Source: a virus. From it: DNA of 58,448 nucleotides. The notes beneath the pieces are model-generated. The model ran no database searches. It saw only the letters and a list, made by a program, of their open reading frames with translations, and was not told the DNA's origin. The translations under genes and the position numbers were made by a program. The DNA lies in the IMG/VR virus record IMGVR_UViG_3300029716_000017, positions 1-58,448 of that record, one strand, 5' to 3'. Within the stretch, counting starts at the first letter, position 1, and each line of letters begins with the position of its first letter. This document shows positions 17,656 to 27,800 of this stretch, piece after piece.

Positions 17656-17893
17656 TCCTTTCCTCCTCTATAGTTCCCATCTTTTGTTCAACTACCAGCA
17701 TTGTAAGAACCAGTCCTGCAAATGCCAAAATAATCAATATCTTTACCCAAATGGGTAAAGAAATGTTAAATAGTTCCAACCCTATAGGTACGCATATGAT
17801 GGCTATATAAAACATAATGGCCATCAGTGTGCACAAGACACGAATTATAATCGTGTCTAAATTTCTTCCCACGCAATCACCTCCTGGCATCAC
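17636..17893 (-). CDS. Small membrane protein
   Basis: Two hydrophobic helices. The start codon is uncertain. Confidence 0.35.
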   Translation of the reverse strand: MMPGGDCVGRNLDTIIIRVLCTLMAIMFYIAIICVPIGLELFNISLPIWVKILIILAFAGLVLTMLVVEQKMGTIEEERNERKKY

Positions 17894-18617
17894 AATACTG
17901 ACCCATATTCATCTGAGAATTAGCATTGTTTATCTGTTCGGCAAGTGCCGTGGGTGCTGAATAGCTACTGATAAAGTTCTGAACATCATCTATGTACCTA
18001 CGCTTGATACTCTTATAAGTAGAAACACAGCCAAATTCACGCTTAAGCTGACCATACATATCTCTAAATGTCTGGCTCCTTATGCTCCTATCGGCGTATG
18101 CCTCGCTATCTTTACCACCTAAGATTGATACCACCTTGCGCTTGACAAGTTTCTGAACCTCGTCTATTTCGCAGCCATATAAAGGCATATCGTTTTCAAG
18201 ACTGCCTATCTTGTCCTCAACCCTATCTACCCTCTCTGCAAGCTCTGTATTGCCCTGAGCAAGTAGCTGAATCTGCTCCAACGTTGTAAGTGGCTTATTG
18301 TAGCCACCTGTTTTGCGAATTGACGGCAAAACCTCGTTCATTACCCAGTTTTCAAATTTTTCAGCACTAGGCAACTTAGACTTCATAATAAGTCGGTACA
18401 AATCTCCCTCATTTATGTAAGACATTTGCTGTATACCACTAGATGTAGGGGTGTCACGTTTTGTTACTCCCTTACAATGGTCTTTTACTGCCTTGCGTGG
18501 GTTTGCATACCCTAGTGCCATTGCTACGTCAGTAGCAACAAAAAATGGCTTACCATCAATTTCTATAGTTCGGATTTCTCCAAACTCATTGCTACTGAAT
18601 ATCTGTAACTCGTTCAT
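17877..18617 (-). CDS. Antirepressor (Bro-N domain plus C-terminal domain)
   Basis: MNELQIFSSNEFGEIRTIEIDGKPFFVATDVAMALGYANPRKAV..H is a Bro-N signature. Confidence 0.75.
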   Translation of the reverse strand: MNELQIFSSNEFGEIRTIEIDGKPFFVATDVAMALGYANPRKAVKDHCKGVTKRDTPTSSGIQQMSYINEGDLYRLIMKSKLPSAEKFENWVMNEVLPSIRKTGGYNKPLTTLEQIQLLAQGNTELAERVDRVEDKIGSLENDMPLYGCEIDEVQKLVKRKVVSILGGKDSEAYADRSIRSQTFRDMYGQLKREFGCVSTYKSIKRRYIDDVQNFISSYSAPTALAEQINNANSQMNMGQYCDARR

Positions 18618-18667
18618 CGTTCTCCTTTCTATCTTGATATGATACAAGCTATCATTACATGATAGTT

Positions 18668-18868
18668 TTAATGTAAAAAAATATCTGATTTTTCTACATC
18701 AGTCATGCCAAGAAAATTTCCAAGGTCTTCAAGCTCGGTGATGGAAAAATCCGTTTTTCCATTCATCTTCGAATTGAATGTAGCAATGCTCTTATCAATA
18801 GCACTTGCACACTGGCAATAATTCTTTCCTTTCTCTCTTATCACGCCTTTAAGTTTTGGCAAGTTCAT
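18668..18868 (-). CDS. Cro-like early regulator
   Basis: 66-aa ORF divergent from the cI-like gene, preceded by GGAGGG, with P(cro) immediately upstream. Confidence 0.5.
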   Translation of the reverse strand: MNLPKLKGVIREKGKNYCQCASAIDKSIATFNSKMNGKTDFSITELEDLGNFLGMTDVEKSDIFLH

Positions 18869-18886
18869 ATTATACCCTCCTTTCTT

Positions 18887-18930
18887 TCATATTGTGATTA
18901 TAATATATCATATTGTGATTGTTCCGTCAA
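18887..18930 (-). promoter_or_regulatory. Early promoter with two operator direct repeats
   Basis: On the minus strand: TTGACG (18925..18930), a 17-nt spacer, then TATATT (18902..18907). TCATATTGTGATT is repeated at 18887..18899 and 18908..18920, 21 bp apart. One copy lies in the spacer and the other at the transcription start. Confidence 0.6.
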
Positions 18931-18960
18931 TCGTTTTATGAAAGTTTTTTACAATAAATG

Positions 18961-18989
18961 TTTACAATACTATCATAGTATGATAGTAT
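18961..18989 (+). promoter_or_regulatory. Candidate cI promoter overlapping a 23-bp palindromic operator
   Basis: TTTACA, a 17-nt spacer, then TAGTAT. The perfect palindrome ATACTATCATA-G-TATGATAGTAT lies at 18967..18989. Confidence 0.5.
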
Positions 18990-19021
18990 TATAGTATCAA
19001 ATAAGAAAGGAGGTAATCATC

Positions 19022-19357
19022 ATGGCTAGCCAGTTCGGATTGAGGGTTGGTAACAACATCCGCAATTATAGGTTAGCAAAAGGAATGAGTATGAGGGAAC
19101 TTGCTGGAAAGGTTGGTCTCACCGAGGCTACTATCCAGAAATATGAAACAGGTGCAATAAAAACACTTGATGTAAGCATGTTGATGAAGTTTGCAGAAGC
19201 CTTAAATATTCCACCAGAAGATGTTGTTGGTTGGGATAAGGTTGAGAAGAGAAACGATGAAAGCATGGAAGTAATGAAAAAGTACAACTTGCTTACAGAT
19301 GGTCATAAGAAAGCTGTACTTGATCTAATTAATAACCTTATACAATGTCAGAGCTAA
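19022..19357 (+). CDS. CI-like repressor (XRE-family HTH)
   Basis: IRNYRLAKGMSMRELAGKVGLTEATIQKYETG is an HTH. It is preceded by AAGGAGG and is divergent from the cro-like gene. Confidence 0.75.
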   Translation: MASQFGLRVGNNIRNYRLAKGMSMRELAGKVGLTEATIQKYETGAIKTLDVSMLMKFAEALNIPPEDVVGWDKVEKRNDESMEVMKKYNLLTDGHKKAVLDLINNLIQCQS

Positions 19358-19409
19358 GTGAAGTATAATTGATTTAGTATTTCATAGACTCTTTGACATT
19401 CCTTTTGGG

Positions 19410-19457
19410 GGAGAACTTGTAGGAGTTGGTCAATTTCCTTTACAAGTTCTCCTTTTT
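19410..19457 (+). terminator. Rho-independent terminator after the cI-like gene
   Basis: Perfect 12-bp stem GGAGAACTTGTA/TACAAGTTCTCC followed by TTTTT. Confidence 0.8.
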
Positions 19458-19645
19458 CTTTTAAAATCATGTTATTTCCCATATTTTTACCCCTCCCATA
19501 CAAATTTGCTATCATTTGTATACTTATATTATATGTGCAAATAAATTAAAATAGAAGTCTAATTTTTTGTCATAATATATGGTAATTTGGGGAAATACAT
19601 GGTACTATGACTGTAATATATACCACATGGGAGAGGTGAATACAA

Positions 19646-20317
19646 ATGAGTAACTTTTTAATTGTGTTTGGAGCAATAATAATGTTTTTAGGGGCTGGCA
19701 TATGTGTAGCATTGACTATAATATTATTATGTAAAAATAAAAAAGCTATGCCATTTATAATAGGCATCTTTGGTTCTATGATTGTTGGCGGAATATTACT
19801 TGGAATAGGTTGTGCAAGGCAACCTAAATCGGAGCATAAAGAAGTTGCATATAACACTACAGAAGCAGAGGTGACTGAAAAAACTACAACTGAAGATATT
19901 ACTGAGACACCAACCACAGAAGAAGCAACTGAGGAAGAAACAGAAACCGCTACCGAAGAGGTTAATGCAACGGATATTTCAGATATGCAGTTTCAGTCTT
20001 ATTGGGATATGGCAAAAGAAACTGTAGAAAGTTGCTTGAAAAATCCTAAGTCAGCAGATTTTCCATCTTCTGTTTTTAATCAGGGCAATATTGCCATGGA
20101 ACGAAAAGGACATCTTGTCGTAGTCCAAAGTTATGTATATAGCACAAATTCATTTGGAGCTGAGGTTAAAAGTGATTTTACTGTAGAAATGTTAGTATAT
20201 GATACTGACAATTTTATATATGATGTTGTCTATCTCAATATTGATGGAGAGACAAGTGGAGAATATGTGAGTCTTGACGAATGGGATGAAACAAATACAA
20301 GCGGAGAAAGTGAATAA
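19646..20317 (+). CDS. Membrane-anchored protein with acidic T/E-rich linker (lysogeny-expressed moron candidate)
   Basis: Two N-terminal TM helices, then a TEAEVTEKTTTEDITETPTTEEATEEETETATEE linker and a globular C-terminal domain. RBS GAGAGGTG. Confidence 0.6.
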   Translation: MSNFLIVFGAIIMFLGAGICVALTIILLCKNKKAMPFIIGIFGSMIVGGILLGIGCARQPKSEHKEVAYNTTEAEVTEKTTTEDITETPTTEEATEEETETATEEVNATDISDMQFQSYWDMAKETVESCLKNPKSADFPSSVFNQGNIAMERKGHLVVVQSYVYSTNSFGAEVKSDFTVEMLVYDTDNFIYDVVYLNIDGETSGEYVSLDEWDETNTSGESE

Positions 20318-20335
20318 TCACAATCTCCGCTTTTT
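20301..20335 (+). terminator. Terminator at the convergent junction
   Basis: Stem GCGGAGA...TCTCCGC followed by TTTTT. Confidence 0.6.
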
Positions 20336-20336
20336 C

Positions 20337-20825
20337 TTAATAATTTGTTCCTATGCAAAGGAAAATATAATCCACATCTGTTGATGACTTAGCATCTTTG
20401 GAATTAAACGCAAGTGTTAAGGTAAAATTATTATCACTGATTGTACCCCATGGGAAACTACTCGGAGTATGTACAAAAATCGGTTCACCTTGTGTTGACA
20501 TCATTATAGGCACTACTTCTTTTGTTCCTTCTGGTACGGCAATACTTATTGTTGCTTCTACATACTCATTGTTATTTGGCACGGTAAAAGAAGCTGATAA
20601 AACATCTATTAATGACTTTGTTTGCGACACAGGGATTAATTCGTTAATGTTTGATGTGATTGCATTAATAAGTCCTGCATTAAAATCGTCACCTGTTTGA
20701 TCATATTCTGTTACATCTTCAAAACTTACCGTACCATCGGAGTTGTGAATCATGTTGTATCTTCTTTTTCCATTCATTTCGGATGACAGTATATCATCTC
20801 TATAGTCATTATTTAATTCTTGCAT
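20337..20825 (-). CDS. Hypothetical distal tail/fibre-associated protein
   Basis: Last gene of the tail operon, preceded by GGAGGT. Confidence 0.4.
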   Translation of the reverse strand: MQELNNDYRDDILSSEMNGKRRYNMIHNSDGTVSFEDVTEYDQTGDDFNAGLINAITSNINELIPVSQTKSLIDVLSASFTVPNNNEYVEATISIAVPEGTKEVVPIMMSTQGEPIFVHTPSSFPWGTISDNNFTLTLAFNSKDAKSSTDVDYIFLCIGTNY

Positions 20826-20836
20826 AATATTACCTC

Positions 20837-21244
20837 CTATATTCTAATGTCTTTATATGCTCCCATTCTGAATGGAATGCGTTTCCTCGTTTGTCTTATT
20901 CTGTCAAGCATATCTTTTATTTTTTGGCAAGCATTTTCAAGTCGGCTTATCTCTTCGGAGCCAATAAATGCACCATTGTCATAGAATGTTTGCTTAACAC
21001 CTATATCTTGAGGGAATACAGTGTTATTAATTCGATCAAGATTGTTTTCAAATTTATTAAATTCATCTGCATAATAAAAATCTGTGTAAGTTTTATCTGC
21101 ACCCATATCTTCAAAGTTTACAACCGGTGCACACAAAAGTTCTGCTTGTTCCTTTAAATAATATATATTATTCTTAATTCTGTTGTAGTCGAAACATTCA
21201 AATACATCGCCGCTTTTCCAATTTGTCTTAGGTTCATTCCACAA
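20837..21244 (-). CDS. Tail-fibre-associated protein
   Basis: The N-terminal WNEPKTNWKSGDVFECFDYNRIKNNIYYL pattern is common in Firmicutes phage fibre proteins. TTG start. Confidence 0.45.
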   Translation of the reverse strand: MWNEPKTNWKSGDVFECFDYNRIKNNIYYLKEQAELLCAPVVNFEDMGADKTYTDFYYADEFNKFENNLDRINNTVFPQDIGVKQTFYDNGAFIGSEEISRLENACQKIKDMLDRIRQTRKRIPFRMGAYKDIRI

Positions 21245-22288
21245 TTAATCCACCGCCTTTCTAGCACTAAGTCTCCCACTCCATGCACCATTAAATGTAA
21301 GTTCATTTTGATAAGCCTTAATTTTTGCTGTTGAACTATTGGTTTTAATCAGATTGAATAAATCCCCAGCATCTACGCTAGGGTCTCCACGCCAACTTAT
21401 TGAATAATCAACTGCGCCTAGATAATAATTCGCTAACCAATCATCAAGCAAACTAGCTACTTCTGTGCTATCAACAAGTGGATTATTCCAATTAACTGTT
21501 TTAGTTCCGCTGCTATTGTATCTATGGGTTAATCCTTTAGCATCCACTACATATTCATATCCACTGACTGTGTACGTAAGTGTTGTATCTTTTTCAGTTA
21601 GACCATCAAATTTTAGCATGCAGTAATATGCACCGCTCTCTGTAACTGTAACTGTCACATTACTTGCATCGGTAACGGCAGTATAGCCATGACTAGGTGT
21701 AGTTATATCGACTTTTACAACATTATCGTTTGAATTGACAGTAATTTTTTCAGACACCAGTTCTTTTTTGCCAGTGCCAGGCTTATATGTCTGTTTTTGA
21801 ACAGTAATTGACTTTAGTTTATCTTGCATCGTAATGGTTGGTGCGTCAAACATATCATCTTCGGACAGTTCATAGTCGGTTGCATCACCAATTCCGATAT
21901 AGTCAACCGATACTCTTGCGTATGGTTCAGCTTTTGTAAACTCAACAACGACTCTATTTGCAGATCCATAGCGGTTGTAATTTTCCCAACTAAGGCTATC
22001 TACGTCAGTGACAATAACATTATCAACAAGCGTATCATTATCATAAGTTTTTATTGTAAACTCAAGAGGTTTACAGTTTCTAAAATTAATTATAAATCCA
22101 TACCAACTGTAAGATATATCTAAATTGAGAGTAATTGTAGGATTTGTAGAAAACTCACCAATGCCGTTTGCTATTTCCTTGCTTACATATCCTACTTCTT
22201 TATATATTTTGTTTTTAGGTAAAAAACAAAGGTTACCACTGTCAAGTCGTGAAAAACCCGTGCTGCACATTGCGTAAGCTGTTTTCAT
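21245..22288 (-). CDS. Putative tail fibre / receptor-binding protein
   Basis: About 347-aa beta-rich ORF in the distal tail block. Confidence 0.45.
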   Translation of the reverse strand: MKTAYAMCSTGFSRLDSGNLCFLPKNKIYKEVGYVSKEIANGIGEFSTNPTITLNLDISYSWYGFIINFRNCKPLEFTIKTYDNDTLVDNVIVTDVDSLSWENYNRYGSANRVVVEFTKAEPYARVSVDYIGIGDATDYELSEDDMFDAPTITMQDKLKSITVQKQTYKPGTGKKELVSEKITVNSNDNVVKVDITTPSHGYTAVTDASNVTVTVTESGAYYCMLKFDGLTEKDTTLTYTVSGYEYVVDAKGLTHRYNSSGTKTVNWNNPLVDSTEVASLLDDWLANYYLGAVDYSISWRGDPSVDAGDLFNLIKTNSSTAKIKAYQNELTFNGAWSGRLSARKAVD

Positions 22289-22303
22289 GCTCTGCACCTT
22301 CTC

Positions 22304-22795
22304 CTATTCTACGCATAAGTCCATCGTGAACGAGTGTTTTTCACCGGGCTGTAATGTTACCGGTTCAATAACCTCACGTGCCAACATTATTGCTCCCGTG
22401 AAAGCACTTGCATAACTCGCATATAATCCAACCTCTGATATGGTTAGTGGTGCATTGCCTGTGTTTCGAATGACTCTAGTTATGGTCATAATAGAGCTTG
22501 AGAATTTCAGTGGCACATCTTTAGTTTGTGTGATGATCTCATAGTCTTCTGTCACATTTTCAAGCTTTATATCTGCCGCTGTTGCTGGTGTTGTGCCTGC
22601 CCCTAACACTATATAAACTCCGGTTGTGGCTGAGCTAGGCGCATTTTTTAAAAGCAACGATGCACCAAACAGCTGTCTAAACCAAGAGTAACTTGCGCTA
22701 GCTGTTTTATTTTCTGTGGTTTTACACACAGTATAATTGCCTGAAACCAGTTGACAGTTTAGGCTGACAAGACCGGCGAAATTATTTGTCAACAT
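22304..22795 (-). CDS. Hypothetical tail protein
   Basis: 163-aa ORF preceded by GGAGGAAG. Confidence 0.4.
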   Translation of the reverse strand: MLTNNFAGLVSLNCQLVSGNYTVCKTTENKTASASYSWFRQLFGASLLLKNAPSSATTGVYIVLGAGTTPATAADIKLENVTEDYEIITQTKDVPLKFSSSIMTITRVIRNTGNAPLTISEVGLYASYASAFTGAIMLAREVIEPVTLQPGEKHSFTMDLCVE

Positions 22796-22811
22796 ATATA
22801 TACTTCCTCCT

Positions 22812-23168
22812 TTAATCCAATGTATTATCTATCTTGTGTGTCACTCGGCACTGCACCACACCGGATATCATTGTTGTGCTTAATATCTGAGAGTTCGATG
22901 TACCTGTCGGTATCTTTCCAATATTCTCCGCCATTGTGTCAAATGTATCTGTCGCCTCTGTCACTACGCCCTTATCAGTGATAGCACTGGCGACCTTTGA
23001 CTTGCCATCACTGACAGATTTTTTTACTTCTGCAATTTCATCTGATATTGTTTTTATACTTTTGTCTATCTTGTCCATGTCTCCTGTGTAATCTGTTCGC
23101 CAATCTGGAATATCATCATTACCGAATTGGCATAATCCAAGATTCTCCGTTTTATTTTGCGATGCCAA
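22812..23168 (-). CDS. Tail-fibre-like coiled-coil protein
   Basis: ENLGLCQFGNDDIPDW...MDKIDK and GKSKVASAITDKGVVTEATDTFDTMAENIGKI motifs, seen in phage fibre proteins. TTG start. Confidence 0.45.
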   Translation of the reverse strand: MASQNKTENLGLCQFGNDDIPDWRTDYTGDMDKIDKSIKTISDEIAEVKKSVSDGKSKVASAITDKGVVTEATDTFDTMAENIGKIPTGTSNSQILSTTMISGVVQCRVTHKIDNTLD

Positions 23169-23183
23169 AAAATCACCTCTCTA

Positions 23184-24476
23184 CTATTTAAGTTTAAATT
23201 TTGCTTGTGTAGCATACTCATAAGCTGTTAATTTATATGAATTATACTTGCTTGCTGTCAGCCTTAACATTGCGTATTGCTTGGCTGTCAATGCTCCGTC
23301 ATCGTCATGTAATACACTACCTATATCGCTATAATCCAACTGCCCATTTGATGATATTGTTTTTGTGGGTGTAATTGCGGACTGTATGTGAATCCTATTA
23401 TGCCTGTCAACAGACAAAGTACATCTACCGGCATTAGCAATAATTTGCAAACATTCCGCATGTGTAGCAACCGGTAACGGATTGTGTGTTACAGTATTTT
23501 TAAGAAAATTATCAAGAAAATAGTTACTACTGTCTGTAATTCCTGCATCTGCCAATACTAGCAGTGCCAAATCGTACAAGCTAATCCCATTTGCATAATA
23601 CTGACCTTTATAGTATTGCCCGGTTAACAATGTAAATCTATCTGTAGCATTAAATGTCGCTTCTCTACTATTTGCCGACCATTTTGACAGGTACGTTGTT
23701 TGTTCTGGTAGCCATTCAATGTTGCCCTGTCCGTCTACATCATAGCCAAACTGTACTTTAACCTCTTGACCAATTTCCATATACTGTATTGCGCTATCTG
23801 GATTGTCCGGATCGTAGTATTGATCTTGATTATCAACTTTAATCATAACATCCATTGATGGTATGGTTTCTGCTATTGGAGATACATATTCTTTGCTACT
23901 GTAGTCCATTACCTCTTCGTTGGTAAATGTTTTGGCAAGCCCACACTTAAATGAGTATATTCTTAATCTATTTTGTCCATAGCGCATTTGGGTTGGCTCG
24001 ATTGTTATAAAAGTTACGCCTGTAAAAACCTCTTCGGTTATCCATACTTCATCAGCGTTTCTATAATGACTCGTACCATTATTAGTAATAACATCAAATT
24101 CAGTTGGGTAGCATTCCCCAAAATTGATAGTTAACCCCTTGATAGTATGTGGATTAGCAAATGTCATTGTAACTATCCCTGTAATATCCGCAGTTACAAT
24201 ACCATTGTTATAGTAATCAGTACCAGTTCTAGGCAAGAAAAAAGCATTGCCATCAAGGACAGCAACGCCAGGTTCTGCTGTAGCATATATTCTAGTTACT
24301 TCTTCGCCATCAAAAGGAGCAGTATTGTTAGAATATGCCACTGTTTGTATTTGCTTATCTAGTTTTACCTCATTTTGAGCTTGAGAATTGACTAGTCCTA
24401 TTGTTGCCTTAATGTAACCCCTATTGCGGTTCATAGACTTCATAGATTTCTTATATTCATTGCTTACGTTCTGCAT
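23184..24476 (-). CDS. Tail tip / baseplate protein (Tal-position)
   Basis: 430 aa, second gene after the tape measure. Confidence 0.5.
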   Translation of the reverse strand: MQNVSNEYKKSMKSMNRNRGYIKATIGLVNSQAQNEVKLDKQIQTVAYSNNTAPFDGEEVTRIYATAEPGVAVLDGNAFFLPRTGTDYYNNGIVTADITGIVTMTFANPHTIKGLTINFGECYPTEFDVITNNGTSHYRNADEVWITEEVFTGVTFITIEPTQMRYGQNRLRIYSFKCGLAKTFTNEEVMDYSSKEYVSPIAETIPSMDVMIKVDNQDQYYDPDNPDSAIQYMEIGQEVKVQFGYDVDGQGNIEWLPEQTTYLSKWSANSREATFNATDRFTLLTGQYYKGQYYANGISLYDLALLVLADAGITDSSNYFLDNFLKNTVTHNPLPVATHAECLQIIANAGRCTLSVDRHNRIHIQSAITPTKTISSNGQLDYSDIGSVLHDDDGALTAKQYAMLRLTASKYNSYKLTAYEYATQAKFKLK

Positions 24477-24480
24477 TGTA

Positions 24481-24870
24481 TCACCTACCAGTGTCTATGA
24501 GATTGAATTGACAGTTACGATATTTAGTTACTATGTGCGATTTTGGACTTGCAAACAATGGTTCTGCTGTTCTGTCGCCTGGGTACATTATAATTGTTAT
24601 CGGTTTACCTGTGCGATAATCTTCAAATGTAACTGGAATATAAAATGGTTCAACCGCTTTTAACATTGCTTGCCAAATTTTTGGTTCAAGGCCGACCCAC
24701 TTCATGTTATCCAACTTGTATAAGTCTCTGCCAATCCTTTGACCGATAGTTACATTGTTAGCATTACGGCCGGCATTAACTGTCGTTGTAATAGTATAAG
24801 TAAAGCCAACAGCGGGACATGGAAAGTCCACACCGTTGACATTTAAAAAACTTGATAATCCTTGTGCCAT
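24481..24870 (-). CDS. Distal tail protein-position gene
   Basis: The start is trimmed to MAQGLSSF, preceded by AGAGGTG. It lies directly after the tape measure. Confidence 0.45.
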   Translation of the reverse strand: MAQGLSSFLNVNGVDFPCPAVGFTYTITTTVNAGRNANNVTIGQRIGRDLYKLDNMKWVGLEPKIWQAMLKAVEPFYIPVTFEDYRTGKPITIIMYPGDRTAEPLFASPKSHIVTKYRNCQFNLIDTGR

Positions 24871-24880
24871 ATTATCACCT

Positions 24881-27800
24881 CTATGCTGTTGTAAATTGAT
24901 GACCGTTACGTGATCTACGCCTATCCGTTTCACTGACAAGGGTTCGACCATCAATATTGATAGATGTATCTTTATCTGCTGTTTCCCTTGTATTCCGGGC
25001 AATTTGGGAGAGATAAGGCGTAAGTGCGTCATCAACTGCTTGCCTAACTCCACTTGCTATACCGGCGGTAATCTGTTCGTTGTTTGCAACGACAGACTTT
25101 CCGTTGTCAAACTTACCCATTATCTCACCTTGGTTTGCACGGAACCATCCGTCTTCTGGGAATCCTCCGGTTGCATAAGTTGGCATGAAACTAAAAGTAC
25201 CAGACATCGCTTGCTTAAGTGGGTCTGATGCTTGCTTAACATTGAATTTTATTTCTTTTTGGGACATACCCATGAAAATTTTGTTTGCGGCATTTTCACC
25301 AAGTTTTTTTAAGCCCTCATCTGTCTGCGTCTTAATATTGTACTGTACACTTTTGCCAGTAAAGTTCTTTTGCAATGTATCGTTAATTGACTTAACCGCA
25401 CTACCGCTAGTTGTTGGCTTGCCGTTAACAGCGGTATTTGCATTATACTTAACTGTTTTATCTTTCCAGTACCGACTGAAAATATTGGATATGCTAGAAA
25501 GTTTTTCACCTGTAGTTGCATTTTGACCGTTTATAGCGGTTTGCGCATCATACTTAGCACTCTTGCCTTTCCATACAGATGACCACCGATTAACTATTCC
25601 GGATAAGATGCTGCTACTTGGTGTATTTTGTCCATTTGTGGCGGTTTGCGCATCGTACCTAGCATTCTTGCCTCTCCAAGTATCGGCCCATAATTTTCCT
25701 ATATTTCTTATGGTCGCTACGTTGTCTGTCTTATTATCATTTACTGACGTGTCTACGTTGTAATCAACGTTTTTCCCACCAAAAATTGAGATTGCACCGC
25801 GAACTGATTTATTCAGTTTTTTATAGTCTTTATCAGTCTTTCCATTGGTGGTCGTATCAATATTAAACTTGCTGCTTATAATTCCTGATAATCCAACTAT
25901 AGGGCTTGTTTTCATTCCGAATTTTGCAACACTGCTTAATTTGTCCGCAATTTTCTTGAGATATCCCCAAAGCGTTTTCAATTTCTCGGTAATTGAATTT
26001 AAAACAGGCTTAATAATATCCCATGCAATTTGAACTTTTGCACTTATATCCGCAATTTTTTTAACAATCCAGTTACCAATTAATTGCCGAATAACTGAAC
26101 TAATTGCTGATGCAACAGCCAATATAGGTGAAAGCACAGTTTTTATTGAATTTAATGCCGGAGAAATTTTTTCACCTATTGCATTGGCAACTTTTGAAAT
26201 AACCGAATAAACCGTACTTAACAAATTTGAGACTGTGCTTAATGTGGGTTTTAATACTGTTACAACCTTATCTGTATATGGAGACAACTTGCCCACACCA
26301 GATTTGATCTTGTTGATTATATCTACAATTAAATTCATTGGTGCAATAATATATTCAAGTGCTTTTTTTATGCCCTTGAATAATTTGGAATTGGATATTT
26401 TGCTATATGCACCTTCTCCAAATACCTTATCAATTATTGCTTGGCCTACACCTTCATATATTTGCATTGGAATCTTAGGTATTTCCTTGGCCATAGTAAT
26501 AATCAAAGAACCAAGGTTCCAAACAAGGCTTCCCCAATTGATACCACATATAAAATCCACAACTTTTTGACCAAGTTTTTGCCAGATGCCGTCTTGATTA
26601 ATAGTCTCAAAAGCACTAACTATTGTCTTACTTATTCCTATTGCAAAGTTAGATAAGGTTGCTCCTGTAAGTCCAGCGTCCCATGTGTTAAGAAATCCAG
26701 TTATTGAAGATATAAGCGATTTACCCAAGTTTTTCCAATCAAAATTGATTGCAAAAGTATTTCCAGCAGTAAGCGCTGTATTTATTGCGCCGGCAATTGT
26801 TGAACCAAGATTAGAAAACAATCTCGGAGTAATGAGGCCATTCAAGAAGTCGGCAAGTCCTTTACCAAAATTTTTTGCCTTTTTGTATACCTTATTCCAC
26901 TTAATAGATTCCATTGCCTTAGACAAACTATCACTGATATACTTGCCTAATTGGTTAAGGTTCTTGATGCTAGACTTGTAAAGTCCCTCTGTTTCTTTTA
27001 TTTGGTATTTAAGTCCATTGTTGCCACCAGCACCGCTTACACCAGTGCCTCCACCAGAACCACCACCACCGTTTGTGCCTGTGTCTTTATCCGGTTCGAC
27101 CACGTTCAACTCATCAATACCAAGAAGATGTGTTTTTAAATCTTTGGCCGCTTTAGCGGCTTTTTTAGTTCCGCTTGCCATATCATCAGCAGCACCGGCA
27201 GCACCTTCAAAATCATCAGATATAGAACCCTTTTGTATCTCTAGTTTCCATCCAAAAATTGCACCAAGGGCATTTACAACTTTTTCGGAAAAAGTGTAAA
27301 CCGCCGATAAAGCCTTATTAAGAGCCTGTACAAGCGGTTTTAACATATTGACAAATGCATTACCCCATACGCCAGCAACTGCCTTTATTTGTTCCTGTAA
27401 GATACGTAACTGGTTAGCCCATGTCTGGCTAGTACGTGCAAAATCCCCTTGTACATTCTTGGTGTTATCCATGACATACTGGTATCTCAGCATCGTTTTT
27501 TCAAGCTGAGTCATAGAGGATATGTTGGCATCAAGACCTTTTTTCATTGCATACTCTTTGAGGGTTGCGTTAGTAAGGTCAATACCAAAAGCTCGCATAG
27601 GCTCTGTCTCGCCAGTAAAGATTGACCATAATTTACGAGAACTTTCTTCCTGTGAGATATTATAGAAAGAGGCTAAGTCTGCCGATAATGCAGTAAGCTG
27701 TATTGACATATCAGACATATCTTTAACAGGCGCACCCATAGCAAGTCCCATAGCCTGGAATCTGCCAGCTGTTTGCTTTGCAGATAATTCTGACATTCCA

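Noticed and set aside
19570-19917. 115-aa minus-strand ORF.
   Set aside because: It is antisense to the plus-strand membrane-protein gene, which has a clear RBS and lies downstream of the cI terminator. It is a shadow ORF.
25313-25777. Tandem repeats of about 37 aa (…GK.A.YDAQTA.NGQN…) in the C-terminal third of the tape measure protein.
   Set aside because: Internal repeats are an ordinary property of tape measure proteins and are not a separate element.
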